Positions 26,916 to 37,945 of a DNA stretch of 51,290 nucleotides are shown here, piece after piece. The DNA is from an uncultured delta proteobacterium (GTDB lineage Bacteria > Desulfobacterota > Binatia > UBA9968), in NCBI GenBank assembly GCA_963755715.1, contig CAVWLW010000022.1, positions 1 to 51,290 of the forward strand, in the 5' to 3' direction. Position 1 is the stretch's first letter, and each line of letters starts with the position of its first letter. The notes under the pieces are model-generated. The model searched no databases and was not told where the DNA came from. It saw only the letters and a program-made list of their open reading frames with translations. The translations under genes and the position numbers were made by a program.

Positions 26916-29012
26916 ATGGCACGAACTGTTTCACTGGAAAAGACCCGCAACATCGGGATTATGGCGCACATCGATGCGGGCAAAACTACGACGACGGAGC
27001 GCATCCTCTACTACACCGGGATCAACTACAAGATCGGCGAGGTGCACGAAGGCACAGCGACCATGGACTGGATGGTCCAAGAGCAGGAGCGCGGCATTAC
27101 GATTACTTCAGCCGCGACCACCTGTCTGTGGAGCGATCACCGGATAAACATCATCGACACCCCCGGCCATGTTGACTTTACGATTGAAGTCGAGCGTTCG
27201 TTGCGCGTTCTCGATGGCGCCGTGGCAGTTTTTTGTTCGGTCGGCGGCGTCGAACCGCAGACCGAAACCGTATGGCGGCAGGCGGATAAATACGGTGTGC
27301 CGCGCTTGGCCTTCGTCAATAAGATGGATCGCCTGGGGGCGGATTTCTTCCGCGTCGTCAAAATGATCGAAGAGCGCTTGGGCGCGCGACCCGTGGTCGT
27401 GCAGCTGCCGATCGGCGCTGAAGATAAATTTGCCGGAATCGTCGACCTGGTCGCCATGAAGGCGATTGTGTGGGAAGACGAAAGCCTCGGCGCCAAGTTT
27501 CATGAAGAGCCCATCCCGGCTGACTTGCAGGCGCAAGCGACCGAATACCGGGAAAAGCTGCTCGAATCGGCGGCTGATTGCAACGAAGTGCTGATGGAAA
27601 AGTATCTTGAAGGCAAAGAGATCTCGGAGGCGGAGCTGCGCGGCGCGATTCGTAGCGGCACGCTCTCGCTCAAGATCGTGCCGATCCTGTGCGGCTCGGC
27701 GTTCCGCAACAAAGGCGTTCAGCCGATGTTGGATGCCGTCGTCGATTACCTTCCCTCGCCTCTTGATATTCTACCGGTCAAAGGCGTTGAGCCGGGCACC
27801 AACACTGCGGCGGAGCGGCCAGCAAAAGATGACGCGCCATTTTCCGCCCTCGCGTTTAAGATCATGACCGATCCTTTCGTCGGTACCCTGACGTTTTTTC
27901 GCGTTTATTCCGGCTCGATCACCTCCGGCTCCAGCATTTATAATTCGACGAAAACTAAAAGAGAGCGCATCGGTCGCTTGCTCAAAATGCACGCGAACAA
28001 GCGCGAAGAGATCAAGGAAGTTTATGCCGGCGATATCGCCGCCGCGGTCGGGCTGAAAACCGCGACTACGGGCGACACGTTATGCGATGAAGACGAGCCG
28101 ATCGTGCTTGAGTCGATTGATTTTCCCGATCCGGTTATATCGATCGCGATCGAACCGAAAAGCAAGGCGGATCAGGAGAAGCTCGGTCTATCTCTACAGA
28201 AGCTCGCGACGGAAGATCCGTCCTTTAAAGTTCGCACCGATGAAGAAACCGGCCAGACGATTATCTCCGGCATGGGCGAGCTTCATCTCGAAATCATCGT
28301 CGATCGCTTGCTGCGCGAGTTCAATGTCGGCGCCAACGTCGGCAAGCCTCAGGTCGCCTATAAGGAGACCGTTCGCAAAAAAGTTGAACAGCAAGGCCGC
28401 TTCGTCCGCCAAACCGGCGGTCGCGGCCAGTACGGCGATGTTTGGATCACCCTCGAGCCGCAGCAACCCGGCGCCGGGTTTGAATTTGTCGATGCGATCA
28501 AGGGTGGTTCCATTCCGCGGGAATACATTTCGGCTGTGGAAAAAGGCATTAAGGAAGCGACCGAAAATGGTGCCCTTGCCGGCTACCCGGTGGTCGATGT
28601 CAAAGCCACTCTTTTCGATGGCAGCTATCATGACGTTGATTCTTCGGAGATCGCTTTCAAGATTGCCGGCTCGATGGCATTTAAGGCCGCTATGCGCAAG
28701 GCCAGTCCTGTGCTGCTTGAGCCGATTATGTCGGTCGAAGTGGTGGTGCCGGAAGAATTTATGGGCGACGTGATCGGTGACATCAGCTCGCGCCGCGGTA
28801 AGGTTCTGGGTATGGACACGCGGCCGGCGGCGCAAGCGATCGATGCTCGGGTGCCGCTCGCGCAAATGTTCGGCTATGCCACCGACCTACGTTCGATGAC
28901 TCAAGGGAGAGCGACGTATACGATGCAGTTTTCTCATTATGAACCTGTTCCAGCGGCGGTCGCTGAAGGGATTATCGCCAAGTTTGACGGCAAGTCGGAT
29001 GATGACGTATGA
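26916..29012 (+). CDS. fusA: elongation factor G
   Basis: [24 protein letters not shown]. Start reset to MARTVSL at 26916. Confidence 0.99.
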   Translation: MARTVSLEKTRNIGIMAHIDAGKTTTTERILYYTGINYKIGEVHEGTATMDWMVQEQERGITITSAATTCLWSDHRINIIDTPGHVDFTIEVERSLRVLDGAVAVFCSVGGVEPQTETVWRQADKYGVPRLAFVNKMDRLGADFFRVVKMIEERLGARPVVVQLPIGAEDKFAGIVDLVAMKAIVWEDESLGAKFHEEPIPADLQAQATEYREKLLESAADCNEVLMEKYLEGKEISEAELRGAIRSGTLSLKIVPILCGSAFRNKGVQPMLDAVVDYLPSPLDILPVKGVEPGTNTAAERPAKDDAPFSALAFKIMTDPFVGTLTFFRVYSGSITSGSSIYNSTKTKRERIGRLLKMHANKREEIKEVYAGDIAAAVGLKTATTGDTLCDEDEPIVLESIDFPDPVISIAIEPKSKADQEKLGLSLQKLATEDPSFKVRTDEETGQTIISGMGELHLEIIVDRLLREFNVGANVGKPQVAYKETVRKKVEQQGRFVRQTGGRGQYGDVWITLEPQQPGAGFEFVDAIKGGSIPREYISAVEKGIKEATENGALAGYPVVDVKATLFDGSYHDVDSSEIAFKIAGSMAFKAAMRKASPVLLEPIMSVEVVVPEEFMGDVIGDISSRRGKVLGMDTRPAAQAIDARVPLAQMFGYATDLRSMTQGRATYTMQFSHYEPVPAAVAEGIIAKFDGKSDDDV

Positions 29013-29317
29013 ACGAGAAAATTAGGATTCGGCTAAAAGCCTACGACCACCGTGTGCTGGATCAGTCGGTGGGGGAGATTGTCGAGACCGTCAGGCGCAC
29101 CGGCGGCCGAGTGGCGGGCCCGATTCCGCTGCCCACAAGAATTGAAAGATTCACGGTCAACCGTTCGCCGCACGTCGACAAGAAATCTCGCGATCAATAC
29201 GAAATTCGCACGCACAAACGCCTGCTCGATATTCTTGAGCCGACGCAGCAAACCATCGACGCTTTGGGCAAGCTCGACATTGCGGCCGGAGTCGACGTCG
29301 AGATCAAGCTGCAGTGA
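29009..29317 (+). CDS. rpsJ: 30S ribosomal protein S10
   Basis: [27 protein letters not shown] overlap with fusA. Confidence 0.98.
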   Translation: MNEKIRIRLKAYDHRVLDQSVGEIVETVRRTGGRVAGPIPLPTRIERFTVNRSPHVDKKSRDQYEIRTHKRLLDILEPTQQTIDALGKLDIAAGVDVEIKLQ

Positions 29318-29330
29318 GACGGGTGACAAT

Positions 29331-29963
29331 ATGACAGGACTCATTGGCAGAAAAGTCGGCATGACTCAGTTCTACAGCGCCGAAGGCAACGTGATTCCCG
29401 TGACCGTCGTCGAAACGGGTCCCTGCGTCGTGGTACAAAAAAAACAAACGACGACGGATGGGTACAACGCGCTCCAGGTCGGTTTCGGCGCCCGTAAGGC
29501 GCAGCGAGTCAACAAAGCCGCTCAGGGCCATATGGCCAAAGCCGGCAAGGGAGCTTTCGAAGTCCTCAGAGAGTTTCGTGTCGACGACGTGGCGCCGTTT
29601 GAAATCGGTCAAGAGATCAAAGCCGGCGATCTTTTCAAAGTTGGCGATCGCATCGACGTTTCCGGTATTTCAAAAGGGCACGGTTTTTCCGGCGTCATCA
29701 AGCGTTGGTCGTTTGCCGGCTTTCCGGGTTCGCACGGCACGCACGAGTATTTTCGCCACGGCGGATCGATCGGCAACCGGTCGTATCCGGGCCGCGTGCG
29801 CAAGGGTAAAAAGATGGCGGGCCATTGGGGCAACGAGCAGATCTCGACGCAGAATTTGGAAGTCGTGGATATTCGTTCTGAAGAGAATTTGATGCTGGTC
29901 CGGGGCGCCGTACCTGGAGCGAAACGCGGTGTTGTGATCTTGCGCCCGGCGGTGAAAAGGTAA
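29331..29963 (+). CDS. rplC: 50S ribosomal protein L3
   Basis: GRKVGMTQ, SKGHGFSGVIKR, KGKKMAGH. Start reset to ATG 29331. Confidence 0.97.
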   Translation: MTGLIGRKVGMTQFYSAEGNVIPVTVVETGPCVVVQKKQTTTDGYNALQVGFGARKAQRVNKAAQGHMAKAGKGAFEVLREFRVDDVAPFEIGQEIKAGDLFKVGDRIDVSGISKGHGFSGVIKRWSFAGFPGSHGTHEYFRHGGSIGNRSYPGRVRKGKKMAGHWGNEQISTQNLEVVDIRSEENLMLVRGAVPGAKRGVVILRPAVKR

Positions 29964-29968
29964 GCACA

Positions 29969-30565
29969 ATGGAAGTCCACGTCATTCAACCTCAGCTCAA
30001 CGAGTCGATCTTCGGCGCTAAGACGCGCGCGCACTTGCTTCATCAAACGGTGGTCATGCAACTCGCCAATCGGCGTGCTGGCAGCGCGGCGACGAAATCA
30101 AAAGGCTTTGTCCGTGGCGGTGGCAAAAAACCCTGGCGCCAAAAAGGCACTGGGCGGGCGCGCGCGGGCAGCATTCGCTCGCCGATTTGGGTGGGTGGCG
30201 GCACGGCATTCGGCCCCCAGCCGCGCGACTATTCCTATCGCATGCCGCGCACGGCACGGCGGGAAGCTTTGTTGTCGGCGCTTAGCCTCAAGAATCGGGA
30301 CGGTAAGATTATCGTCGTCGACAAGCTCGAGCTTGAGGAAGCCAAGACGAAGCTGATGATCAAGGCGCTGGCGGAGCTAAAAATTCAAAGCGCTTTGATC
30401 GTGATTGCCGAGGCCGACACGAAGATCGAGCGTTCGGCGCGCAATCTGCCGAAAGTGAAAGTGCTGCGGGTCGAGGGTTTGAACGTTTATGACCTATTGT
30501 GTTACGAGCACTTGGTCCTAACCGAGCCGGCGCTAAAACGACTGGAGGAGAGGTGGGTGGCATGA
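29969..30565 (+). CDS. rplD: 50S ribosomal protein L4
   Basis: GGGKKPWRQKGTGRARAGS, FGPQPRDY. Confidence 0.97.
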   Translation: MEVHVIQPQLNESIFGAKTRAHLLHQTVVMQLANRRAGSAATKSKGFVRGGGKKPWRQKGTGRARAGSIRSPIWVGGGTAFGPQPRDYSYRMPRTARREALLSALSLKNRDGKIIVVDKLELEEAKTKLMIKALAELKIQSALIVIAEADTKIERSARNLPKVKVLRVEGLNVYDLLCYEHLVLTEPALKRLEERWVA

Positions 30566-30852
30566 AAAGTCTGCACGATATAATCCGCGCGCCATTGATC
30601 TCGGAAAAGGGCACCCTCTTGACCGAGAGCGCCAACCAGGTGCTGTTCAAGGTTCGGCCCGATGCCAACAAGATCGAAGTCAAACAGGCAGTCGAAACGC
30701 TTTTCAAAGTAAAGGTCGTGCAAGTTCGTATGGCCCGTTATCTCGGCAAAATGCGGCGCATCGGCAAGAACATGGGACGTCGCTCCGATTGGAAGAAGGC
30801 TTACGTGACGCTCAAAGAGGGCGACAAGATCGACTTTTTCGGCGCAGCATAA
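30562..30852 (+). CDS. rplW: 50S ribosomal protein L23
   Basis: PLISEK, ANKIEVKQAVE, WKKAYVTL. Start reset to ATG 30562. Confidence 0.96.
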   Translation: MKSLHDIIRAPLISEKGTLLTESANQVLFKVRPDANKIEVKQAVETLFKVKVVQVRMARYLGKMRRIGKNMGRRSDWKKAYVTLKEGDKIDFFGAA

Positions 30853-30870
30853 AAAGTAGAGAACCTAACA

Positions 30871-31698
30871 ATGGCCATTAAGACGTATCAACCCACCTCG
30901 GCCGGAATGCGTTTCCGCACCGGGCTCACTTTCGATGAGGTGACCAAGGCGAAACCGGAAAAGGGTTTGCGCAAGCGTCTTAACCACAGCGGCGGACGCA
31001 ACAACACCGGTCGGATCACCGCGGATCACCGGGGCGGCGGCCACAAACGGCTTTACCGGGTGATCGATTTCAAGCGCAATAAATTCAACGTGCCGGCGAA
31101 AGTGGAGGCGATCGAATACGATCCCAACCGCTCGGCGCGGATTGCGCTGCTTTGTTATGCTGACGGTGAGCGGCGTTATATTCTTGCGCCCGAACGCTTG
31201 CAAGTCGGCGCCGCGGTGATCGCCGGCGACGACAATATCGACATTCAGCCGGGAAATTCGTTGCCGCTGAAGTTTATTCCCGTCGGCACCGTCGTGCATA
31301 ATATCGAGCTTAAGATCGGCAAAGGCGGTCAGTTGGTGCGCAGCGCCGGTTTGGGCGCTCAGCTGATGGCCAAGGAAGGCTCCTACGCGTTGCTCAAGTT
31401 GCCCTCGGGCGAGCTGCGCTACGTTTTGGCTAATTGTCGAGCCACGATCGGTCAAGTCGGTAACGCCGACCAGGAAAATGTTTCCTGGGGCAAGGCTGGT
31501 AGAATGCGTTGGCTGGGGTTTCGCCCGACGACACGCGGTATCGCAAAAAATCCAGTGGACCATCCGCATGGCGGTGGCGAAGGCAGATCGAAGGGTAATC
31601 ATCCAATGACGCCCTGGGGTAAGCCGACCAAAGGTTACAAGACGAGAAAGAATCATTCCTCGGACAAGTATATCGTGCAACGGAGAAAAGGTAGGTAG
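30871..31698 (+). CDS. rplB: 50S ribosomal protein L2
   Basis: [25 protein letters not shown]. Confidence 0.99.
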   Translation: MAIKTYQPTSAGMRFRTGLTFDEVTKAKPEKGLRKRLNHSGGRNNTGRITADHRGGGHKRLYRVIDFKRNKFNVPAKVEAIEYDPNRSARIALLCYADGERRYILAPERLQVGAAVIAGDDNIDIQPGNSLPLKFIPVGTVVHNIELKIGKGGQLVRSAGLGAQLMAKEGSYALLKLPSGELRYVLANCRATIGQVGNADQENVSWGKAGRMRWLGFRPTTRGIAKNPVDHPHGGGEGRSKGNHPMTPWGKPTKGYKTRKNHSSDKYIVQRRKGR

Positions 31699-31700
31699 CG

Positions 31701-32057
31701 ATGGCGCGTTCGGTAAAAAAAGGACCCTTTGTCGACCCGCATCTGATAAAAAAAATTGCCGCGATCAATGAGTCGCGGCAGAAGCAGGTGATTCGCACCT
31801 GGTCGCGCCGCTCGACGGTGACGCCCGAGATGGTTGGGATAACGATCGGCGTGCATAACGGCAGAAAGTTTATTCCGGTGTTTGTCAGCGAGAACATGGT
31901 TGGCCACAAGCTCGGTGAGTTTTCCCCAACCCGGACATTCTTCGCCCATTCCGGTGACCGCAAAGCTGAGGCTAAAGAAACGACGGGCGCGCCGTCCGCA
32001 GCGCCGAGAGCAGTAGCGGCGCCAAAGCCCGCGGCGGCACCGGCGCCTAAGGCGTAG
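31701..32057 (+). CDS. rpsS: 30S ribosomal protein S19 with Ala/Pro-rich C-terminal tail
   Basis: [25 protein letters not shown]. Confidence 0.98.
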   Translation: MARSVKKGPFVDPHLIKKIAAINESRQKQVIRTWSRRSTVTPEMVGITIGVHNGRKFIPVFVSENMVGHKLGEFSPTRTFFAHSGDRKAEAKETTGAPSAAPRAVAAPKPAAAPAPKA

Positions 32058-32126
32058 AGGAAGTTGGTCAGTTAGCGATTAGGAGTTGATGGCGTCCGGT
32101 AGTTTTTCGAACAAGCTAGCGAGATT

Positions 32127-32471
32127 ATGGAAGCACGCGCGATCACAAAATTTATCCGAGTCTCCCCGCGAAAAGTTCGCTTGGTGGTCGATCAAATCCG
32201 CGGCAAAGGCGTTGAAGAAGCGTTGAACATTCTCAAGTTCACGCCCAAACGCTCCGCGAGCATCGTCGCCAAAACGGTGCGCACGGCGGTCGCAAATGCC
32301 GAGAATACGCAGAGCGTCGATGTTGATCGACTGTTTATCAAGCAGGCGAAAGTGGACGAGGCCGGCATGTGGAAACGCTTTACGTCGCGCGCCCAAGGCC
32401 GGGCCACGCGCGTGCGCAAGCGGCTGAGCCACGTGACGATTGTCCTCGATGAAGCGCAGAAGAGGAGTTAG
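32127..32471 (+). CDS. rplV: 50S ribosomal protein L22
   Basis: RVSPRKVRLVVDQIRGK, RAQGRA. Confidence 0.98.
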   Translation: MEARAITKFIRVSPRKVRLVVDQIRGKGVEEALNILKFTPKRSASIVAKTVRTAVANAENTQSVDVDRLFIKQAKVDEAGMWKRFTSRAQGRATRVRKRLSHVTIVLDEAQKRS

Positions 32472-32477
32472 GGCCTG

Positions 32478-33140
32478 ATGGGTCAAAAAACACATCCGAA
32501 GATGTTTCGCCTGGGCGTGATCGAGACGTGGGATTCGAAGTGGTTCGCCCGCCATGACTATCCGAAGTTGCTGCATGAAGATTTTCGCATCACGAAATTT
32601 TTAAAGAGCCGGCTCTATCACGCGGGCATCTCGCGCATCGAGATCGAAAGAGCGGCCAATAAAGCCAAGATCAATATTCACACGGCGCGCCCCGGCATCG
32701 TGATCGGCAAAAAGGGTGCCGAGATCGAAAAACTCAAAGAAGAAATTACCAAGCTCACCAAGCGCGAGACGTATATCAACATTCACGAAGTGCGCAGACC
32801 GGATCTCGACGGCCAGTTGGCCGCGGAAAACGTCGCGCTGCAATTAGAGCGTCGCGTCGCTTTTCGCCGCGCTATGAAAGAAAGCGTTTCCCGCGCCATG
32901 CGCATGGGCGCCCAGGGCGTAAAAATTCAAAGCGCGGGCAGGTTGGGCGGTTCCGAAATCGCTCGCACCGAATGGTACCGTGAGGGGCGCGTGCCGCTCC
33001 ATACACTGCGGGCGGATATTAGCTACGGCTTCGCCGAGGCGCGCACGACCTACGGCGTGATCGGCGTTAAAGTTTGGATTTTTCGCGGCGAGGTTTTGAC
33101 CGCGGAAGAAGAACAGCAGAAGGCCATGATGGGTGGGTGA
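32478..33140 (+). CDS. rpsC: 30S ribosomal protein S3
   Basis: [30 protein letters not shown]. Confidence 0.98.
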   Translation: MGQKTHPKMFRLGVIETWDSKWFARHDYPKLLHEDFRITKFLKSRLYHAGISRIEIERAANKAKINIHTARPGIVIGKKGAEIEKLKEEITKLTKRETYINIHEVRRPDLDGQLAAENVALQLERRVAFRRAMKESVSRAMRMGAQGVKIQSAGRLGGSEIARTEWYREGRVPLHTLRADISYGFAEARTTYGVIGVKVWIFRGEVLTAEEEQQKAMMGG

Positions 33141-33187
33141 TCGGCGGTTGGGATCGCAAGATTCCAAAGACGACAATTGATTGAAAA

Positions 33188-33613
33188 ATGCTCGAACCAA
33201 AAAAAGTTAAATATCGAAAATTGCAAAAAGGGCGCCGGCGCGGGACTGCTCATCGCGGCTCGACTTTGGCATTCGGCGATTATGGGCTGAAGGCAGTCGG
33301 CCGCGGCTGGATGAGCGCGCGGGAGATCGAGGCGGCGCGCGTTGCGCTGACGCGTTATCTCAAGCGCGGCGGCAAGGTGTGGATTCGTATTTTCCCCGAT
33401 AAGCCGTTGACCAAAAAGCCGCTCGAAACTCGCATGGGCAAGGGCAAAGGGGCGCCCGAAATGTGGGTGGCAGTTGTCCAACCGGGACGGATCCTCTTCG
33501 AGATGGAAGGGGTCGAGGGGCCGCTTGCCAAGGAAGCGTTTCGTTTAGCGGCGCACAAGTTGTCGATTCCGACGATCACGGTGCAGCGGAGGCGCGTGGC
33601 CCATGGAAGCTAA
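33188..33613 (+). CDS. rplP: 50S ribosomal protein L16
   Basis: [19 protein letters not shown]. Confidence 0.98.
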   Translation: MLEPKKVKYRKLQKGRRRGTAHRGSTLAFGDYGLKAVGRGWMSAREIEAARVALTRYLKRGGKVWIRIFPDKPLTKKPLETRMGKGKGAPEMWVAVVQPGRILFEMEGVEGPLAKEAFRLAAHKLSIPTITVQRRRVAHGS

Positions 33614-33806
33614 AGAATTGCGCGAATTGAGCGCCGAAGATCTGGTCCAAAAGCGGGCTTCGTTGCGCGAGGAGATCGGCAACCTGAAGCTCAAACGCGC
33701 CACCAGCCGGCTGGAGAATCCGATGAAGCTCCAAGAGACCAAGCGTGATTTGGCGCGCGTGGAGACGATTCTTCGTGAAAAGGCGCCCGAGGGTCAGAGA
33801 GGATGA
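33603..33806 (+). CDS. rpmC: 50S ribosomal protein L29
   Basis: [26 protein letters not shown], expected position. Confidence 0.93.
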   Translation: MEAKELRELSAEDLVQKRASLREEIGNLKLKRATSRLENPMKLQETKRDLARVETILREKAPEGQRG

Positions 33807-34099
33807 GCATGAACAGCCCAGGGTCGAGAAAAGAACGAGCTGGCTTGGTGGTCAGCGACCGCATGCAAAAAACCGTAGTGGTCTCGGTCGAGCGCACCGT
33901 TACGCACCCGCGCTATAAAAAAATTCTGCGACGACGCACGAGAGTCAAGGCCCATGACGAGCAGGGCCAGTGTCATGTCGGTGATCGCGTGCTCATCGTC
34001 GAGTGCCGCCCGCTCAGCCGTGACAAGCGTTGGCGGGTGAGCAAAGTGTTGGAGCGGGGGCATACGATGGAGGAAGATTTGAAAGGAGCCGGCGCCTAG
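33803..34099 (+). CDS. rpsQ: 30S ribosomal protein S17
   Basis: [29 protein letters not shown]. Confidence 0.97.
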   Translation: MSMNSPGSRKERAGLVVSDRMQKTVVVSVERTVTHPRYKKILRRRTRVKAHDEQGQCHVGDRVLIVECRPLSRDKRWRVSKVLERGHTMEEDLKGAGA

Positions 34100-34132
34100 A
34101 TTCGCTTGTGTCCGGGCGGTTGCGATTGATCT

Positions 34133-34501
34133 ATGATCCAGATGCGAACGACATTAGATGTGGCCGACAATTCCGGCGCGCGCCGCGTGCAGTGCATCAA
34201 GGTGCTCGGCGGCAGCAAGCGTAAATATGCCTCGATCGGCGATATTATCGTGGTTTCCGTCAAAGAAGCGATTCCTAACGGGAAAGTAAAAAAAGGTGAG
34301 GTCATGAAAGCCGTGGTGGTGCGTACGGCGAAGGAATTGGGCCGGCCGGACGGCACCTACATCCGCTTCGACAATAATTCGGCGGTGTTGATTGACAACC
34401 AGAAAGAGCCGATCGGCACGCGGATCTTCGGACCGGTGGCGCGCGAGCTTAGGGCCAAGAAATTCATGAAGATTATTTCTCTCGCGCCGGAAGTGCTTTA
34501 A
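34133..34501 (+). CDS. rplN: 50S ribosomal protein L14
   Basis: [27 protein letters not shown]. Confidence 0.99.
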   Translation: MIQMRTTLDVADNSGARRVQCIKVLGGSKRKYASIGDIIVVSVKEAIPNGKVKKGEVMKAVVVRTAKELGRPDGTYIRFDNNSAVLIDNQKEPIGTRIFGPVARELRAKKFMKIISLAPEVL

Positions 34502-34525
34502 ACGGAGATCGAGGAGAGCTTACTC

Positions 34526-34837
34526 GTGCAGATTCGGAAAAACGACAGCGTCATGGTCATCGGCGGCAAGGAACGGGGCAAGACCGGCAAAGTGCTCCGC
34601 GTGTTGCTGGAAAAAGACGCTGTGATTATCGAACGGCTCAATATCGTGAAACGGCATACCAAGCCGCGCGGGCCGCAGCAGCCCGGCGGGATCGTCGAGA
34701 AAGAGGCCGCCATTCATGCCTCCAATGTTATGTTTTTGTGCGATAAATGTAACGCGCCGGTGCGCATCGGCCGAAAAGTGCTCGCCGACGGGACGAAGGT
34801 CCGTATCTGCCGCCGCTGCAACGAAGCTTTAGATTGA
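34526..34837 (+). CDS. rplX: 50S ribosomal protein L24
   Basis: KOW motif [33 protein letters not shown] start. Confidence 0.97.
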   Translation: MQIRKNDSVMVIGGKERGKTGKVLRVLLEKDAVIIERLNIVKRHTKPRGPQQPGGIVEKEAAIHASNVMFLCDKCNAPVRIGRKVLADGTKVRICRRCNEALD

Positions 34838-34847
34838 TGGTGCGCGC

Positions 34848-35387
34848 ATGGCACGATTGAAAACAAAATATCTAAGCGATGTCGTCCCGGCGATGATGCA
34901 GGAGTTCAGCTATAAGAACTCTATGCAAGTCCCACGGTTAACGAAAATCACATTAAACGTTGGCTTGGGTGAAGCGACGCAGAATGTCAAGATCGTCGAC
35001 ACGGCGGTTGCCGAGATCACGTTGATCACCGGGCAAAGGCCGGTGGTCACGCGGGCGAAAAAGGCGATCGCAAATTTCAAGCTGCGCGAGGGAGTGCCGA
35101 TCGGCTGCATGGTGACTTTACGGCGCGAGCGCATGTTCGAATTCCTCGATCGGTTGATCCACGTCGCCTTGCCGCGCGTGCGCGACTTCAAAGGCATCTC
35201 CGATCGCTCCTTCGACGGCCGGGGCAATTACTCCCTAGGCCTGCGCGAGCAGATTATTTTTCCAGAGATTCACGCGGATAAGGTCGAAAAGACCCGTGGG
35301 ATGACGATCACGATCGCCACCACGGCGAAGACAGACGGGGAAGGTCGAGCGCTGCTCAAGTTCATGGGCATGCCGTTCGCCAGTTAG
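34848..35387 (+). CDS. rplE: 50S ribosomal protein L5
   Basis: [22 protein letters not shown]. Confidence 0.98.
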   Translation: MARLKTKYLSDVVPAMMQEFSYKNSMQVPRLTKITLNVGLGEATQNVKIVDTAVAEITLITGQRPVVTRAKKAIANFKLREGVPIGCMVTLRRERMFEFLDRLIHVALPRVRDFKGISDRSFDGRGNYSLGLREQIIFPEIHADKVEKTRGMTITIATTAKTDGEGRALLKFMGMPFAS

Positions 35388-35407
35388 TCGACAAAGGGAG
35401 ACTTCCA

Positions 35408-35593
35408 TTGGCCAAGACATGTCTCAGAATTAAGGCTGAAAGGCCGAACAAGTTCAAAGTGCGGGAATACAACCGCTGTCCGCTGTGCGGCCGGTCGCGG
35501 GCTTTTTATCGCCGCTTTCGCATGTGCCGGCTGTGCTTGCGTGATCATGCGCGCAAAGGACATATCCCCGGACTGATTAAGGCCAGTTGGTAG
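35408..35593 (+). CDS. rpsN: 30S ribosomal protein S14 type Z (61 aa, zinc-binding)
   Basis: NRCPLCGR..CRLCLR..IPGLIKASW. TTG start after GGGAG. Confidence 0.96.
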   Translation: MAKTCLRIKAERPNKFKVREYNRCPLCGRSRAFYRRFRMCRLCLRDHARKGHIPGLIKASW

Positions 35594-35608
35594 GTTTCGG
35601 AGAATATC

Positions 35609-36013
35609 ATGGGAATGACGGATCCAATTGCGGATATGCTAACGCGGATAAGAAACGCGTCACGGGCGCGCCACCAAAGAGTCGCCGTGCCGTGGTCTCG
35701 GTTAAAAGAGAGCATCGTGAAAATTTTGATCGAAGAAGGTTATTTAAAAGACCAAAAGAAGGTCAAGGCCGCGGTGGGGTTTGGCGAGGAGATGGTGATC
35801 CAACTCAAGTTCGATCGCGAGAATCGCCCGATCATTACCGGCATGAAACGGGTGAGCTCGCCGGGGCGCCGGGTGTACGTCGGCGCCAAGGCGTTGGCGC
35901 CGGTTCGTAAAGGCTTGGGAATTCATGTGCTCTCGACGCCGAAAGGAATCTTGGTCGATCGGGTAGCACAGAAAGCCAAAGTCGGCGGCGAACTTATTTG
36001 CTCGGTATGGTAG
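35609..36013 (+). CDS. rpsH: 30S ribosomal protein S8
   Basis: DPIADMLTRIRNA, SSPGRRVY, GGELICSVW. Confidence 0.98.
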   Translation: MGMTDPIADMLTRIRNASRARHQRVAVPWSRLKESIVKILIEEGYLKDQKKVKAAVGFGEEMVIQLKFDRENRPIITGMKRVSSPGRRVYVGAKALAPVRKGLGIHVLSTPKGILVDRVAQKAKVGGELICSVW

Positions 36014-36031
36014 GTTGAGGCGAGGTGCCAG

Positions 36032-36580
36032 GTGTCACGCATAGGAAAATTACCGGTAACAATTCCCGCGGGCGTCAAAGTCGCGGTCGATCCCAACGCC
36101 GTTCGTCTCGAAGGACCCAAGGGAAAACTGCAAGCCGCGATTCCGCCCGGCGTTCAAGTCAAAGTCGATGGCAATGTGGTACGCATCGAGCGCCAGCAAG
36201 ATGACCGCAAGATCCGCGCACTGCACGGGCTGACGCGTAAATTGATCGCCAACATGGCTCAGGGAGTGAGCCAGGGATTTAGCCGCATCCTCGACATCAA
36301 TGGCGTCGGCTACCGAGCTGAAGTCAGAGGCCAAGAGGTGCATATGACTCTGGGTTACTCTCATCCAGTGGTTTTTCCGCTGCCACAGGGAGTGACGGCA
36401 TCAGTCGAGCGCCAGATCATCATTACTTTGAGCAGCGCCGATCGCCAACTGCTCGGCGAAACGGCCGCCAAGATCCGTGATCTCAGACCGCCCGAGCCGT
36501 ACAAGGGCAAGGGAATCAAGTATCGCGAGGAGTTCATCAAGCGCAAAGCGGGCAAAGCAGTGGGCTCGGCGGGCAAGTAG
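36032..36580 (+). CDS. rplF: 50S ribosomal protein L6
   Basis: SRIGKLPV, GVGYRA, RPPEPYKGKGI. Confidence 0.98.
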   Translation: MSRIGKLPVTIPAGVKVAVDPNAVRLEGPKGKLQAAIPPGVQVKVDGNVVRIERQQDDRKIRALHGLTRKLIANMAQGVSQGFSRILDINGVGYRAEVRGQEVHMTLGYSHPVVFPLPQGVTASVERQIIITLSSADRQLLGETAAKIRDLRPPEPYKGKGIKYREEFIKRKAGKAVGSAGK

Positions 36581-36599
36581 ACGGTAAGGATTCAAGATA

Positions 36600-36962
36600 A
36601 TGAACAGACGGGGAGATATCGCGCGGCTGCGCCGCAAGATGCGCGTTCGCCACAAAGTCGTCGGCACGGATGCGCGTCCGCGGGTTTGCGTATTTCGCAG
36701 CAACAAGCATATTTATGCTCAGGTGATTTCCGACACTCAGGGGAAAACTCTGGCGGCGGTATCGACGCTGGCAGGCGAGCTGGCGGCGGCGAACGAGAAG
36801 GCCAAGGGCATTGAAGTAGCCAAACGGGTCGGGCTCGCGCTGGCGAAAGCGTGTAAGGAAAAAAATATCAGCAGGGTCATTTTCGACCGCAACGGGTTTC
36901 TTTTTCATGGGCGCGTGAAGGCGGTGGCCGACGGCGCTCGCGAAGGTGGATTGGAATTTTGA
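36600..36962 (+). CDS. rplR: 50S ribosomal protein L18
   Basis: [30 protein letters not shown]. Confidence 0.98.
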   Translation: MNRRGDIARLRRKMRVRHKVVGTDARPRVCVFRSNKHIYAQVISDTQGKTLAAVSTLAGELAAANEKAKGIEVAKRVGLALAKACKEKNISRVIFDRNGFLFHGRVKAVADGAREGGLEF

Positions 36963-36983
36963 CAGCAAGTCTGTAGACGCGAG

Positions 36984-37487
36984 GTGCCTTTGGAACGGAT
37001 CGATGCGCAGGGATTAGAGCTTAAGGAAAAAGTCGTTCACATCAGCCGAGTGGCCAAAGTGGTCAAAGGCGGGCGGCGCTTCAGCTTCAGCGCTCTCGTC
37101 GTGGTTGGCGATAGCCGGTCGGTAGTCGGTTACGGTATGGGCAAGGCTAACGAAGTGCCCGAGGCGATCCGCAAAGGCTTGGAGCAAGCGAAGAAGAACC
37201 TGATACGCGTGCCGGTGATGGACGGCACGATTCCGTTCGAAGTGACCGGTCACTACGGCGCCGGCTACGTCATTCTTAAGCCGGCGTCCGACGGCACCGG
37301 CGTGATTGCCGGCGGCGGCGTGCGCGCCGTCGTCGAGGCGTCGGGGATTCAAAACGTTCTGACCAAGTGTATCGGCTCGAACAACCCGCACAACATGGTC
37401 AAGGCGACGATTGAGGCGTTGCGCGAACTGCGCGCCCCGGAAGAGATCGCCGACCGGCGCGGCAAAGTTTTGGCGGAGATTCGTTGA
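36984..37487 (+). CDS. rpsE: 30S ribosomal protein S5
   Basis: [30 protein letters not shown]. Confidence 0.98.
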   Translation: MPLERIDAQGLELKEKVVHISRVAKVVKGGRRFSFSALVVVGDSRSVVGYGMGKANEVPEAIRKGLEQAKKNLIRVPVMDGTIPFEVTGHYGAGYVILKPASDGTGVIAGGGVRAVVEASGIQNVLTKCIGSNNPHNMVKATIEALRELRAPEEIADRRGKVLAEIR

Positions 37488-37945
37488 CGATGAGACTCGA
37501 TGATTTAAGACCGGCGCCGGGCTCGAATAAGAAACGCAAACGCGTTGGACGGGGCGATGGGTCCGGCCATGGCAAAACCTCGTGCCGCGGCCATAAAGGT
37601 CAAGGGGCGCGTTCTGGCGGCAATGTTCAGCCGGGATTCGAAGGTGGCCAAATGCCTTTGCAGCGCCGTTTGCCCAAGCGCGGCTTTCATAATCCGTTCC
37701 GGGTGCAAATGTCGGTGGTCAATTTAAGTCAACTCGAGGCGTTCGCTGCTGAAGCAAGCGAGATCGGCCCGGAAAACTTGGCGGCGCATGGCTTGATCGC
37801 CGGCAAAAACCGGCGGGTCAAAATTCTCGGCGAAGGTTCGCTGTCGCGCCCATTGACGGTCAAGGCTCATGGCTTTTCGGCGTCCGCCAAGGAGAAAATC
37901 GAAGCGGCCGGTGGCAAGGCGGAGTTGATCGCAGTTCATGCTTAA
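37484..37945 (+). CDS. rplO: 50S ribosomal protein L15
   Basis: [30 protein letters not shown]. Start is TTG 37484 or ATG 37490. Confidence 0.97.
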   Translation: MTMRLDDLRPAPGSNKKRKRVGRGDGSGHGKTSCRGHKGQGARSGGNVQPGFEGGQMPLQRRLPKRGFHNPFRVQMSVVNLSQLEAFAAEASEIGPENLAAHGLIAGKNRRVKILGEGSLSRPLTVKAHGFSASAKEKIEAAGGKAELIAVHA

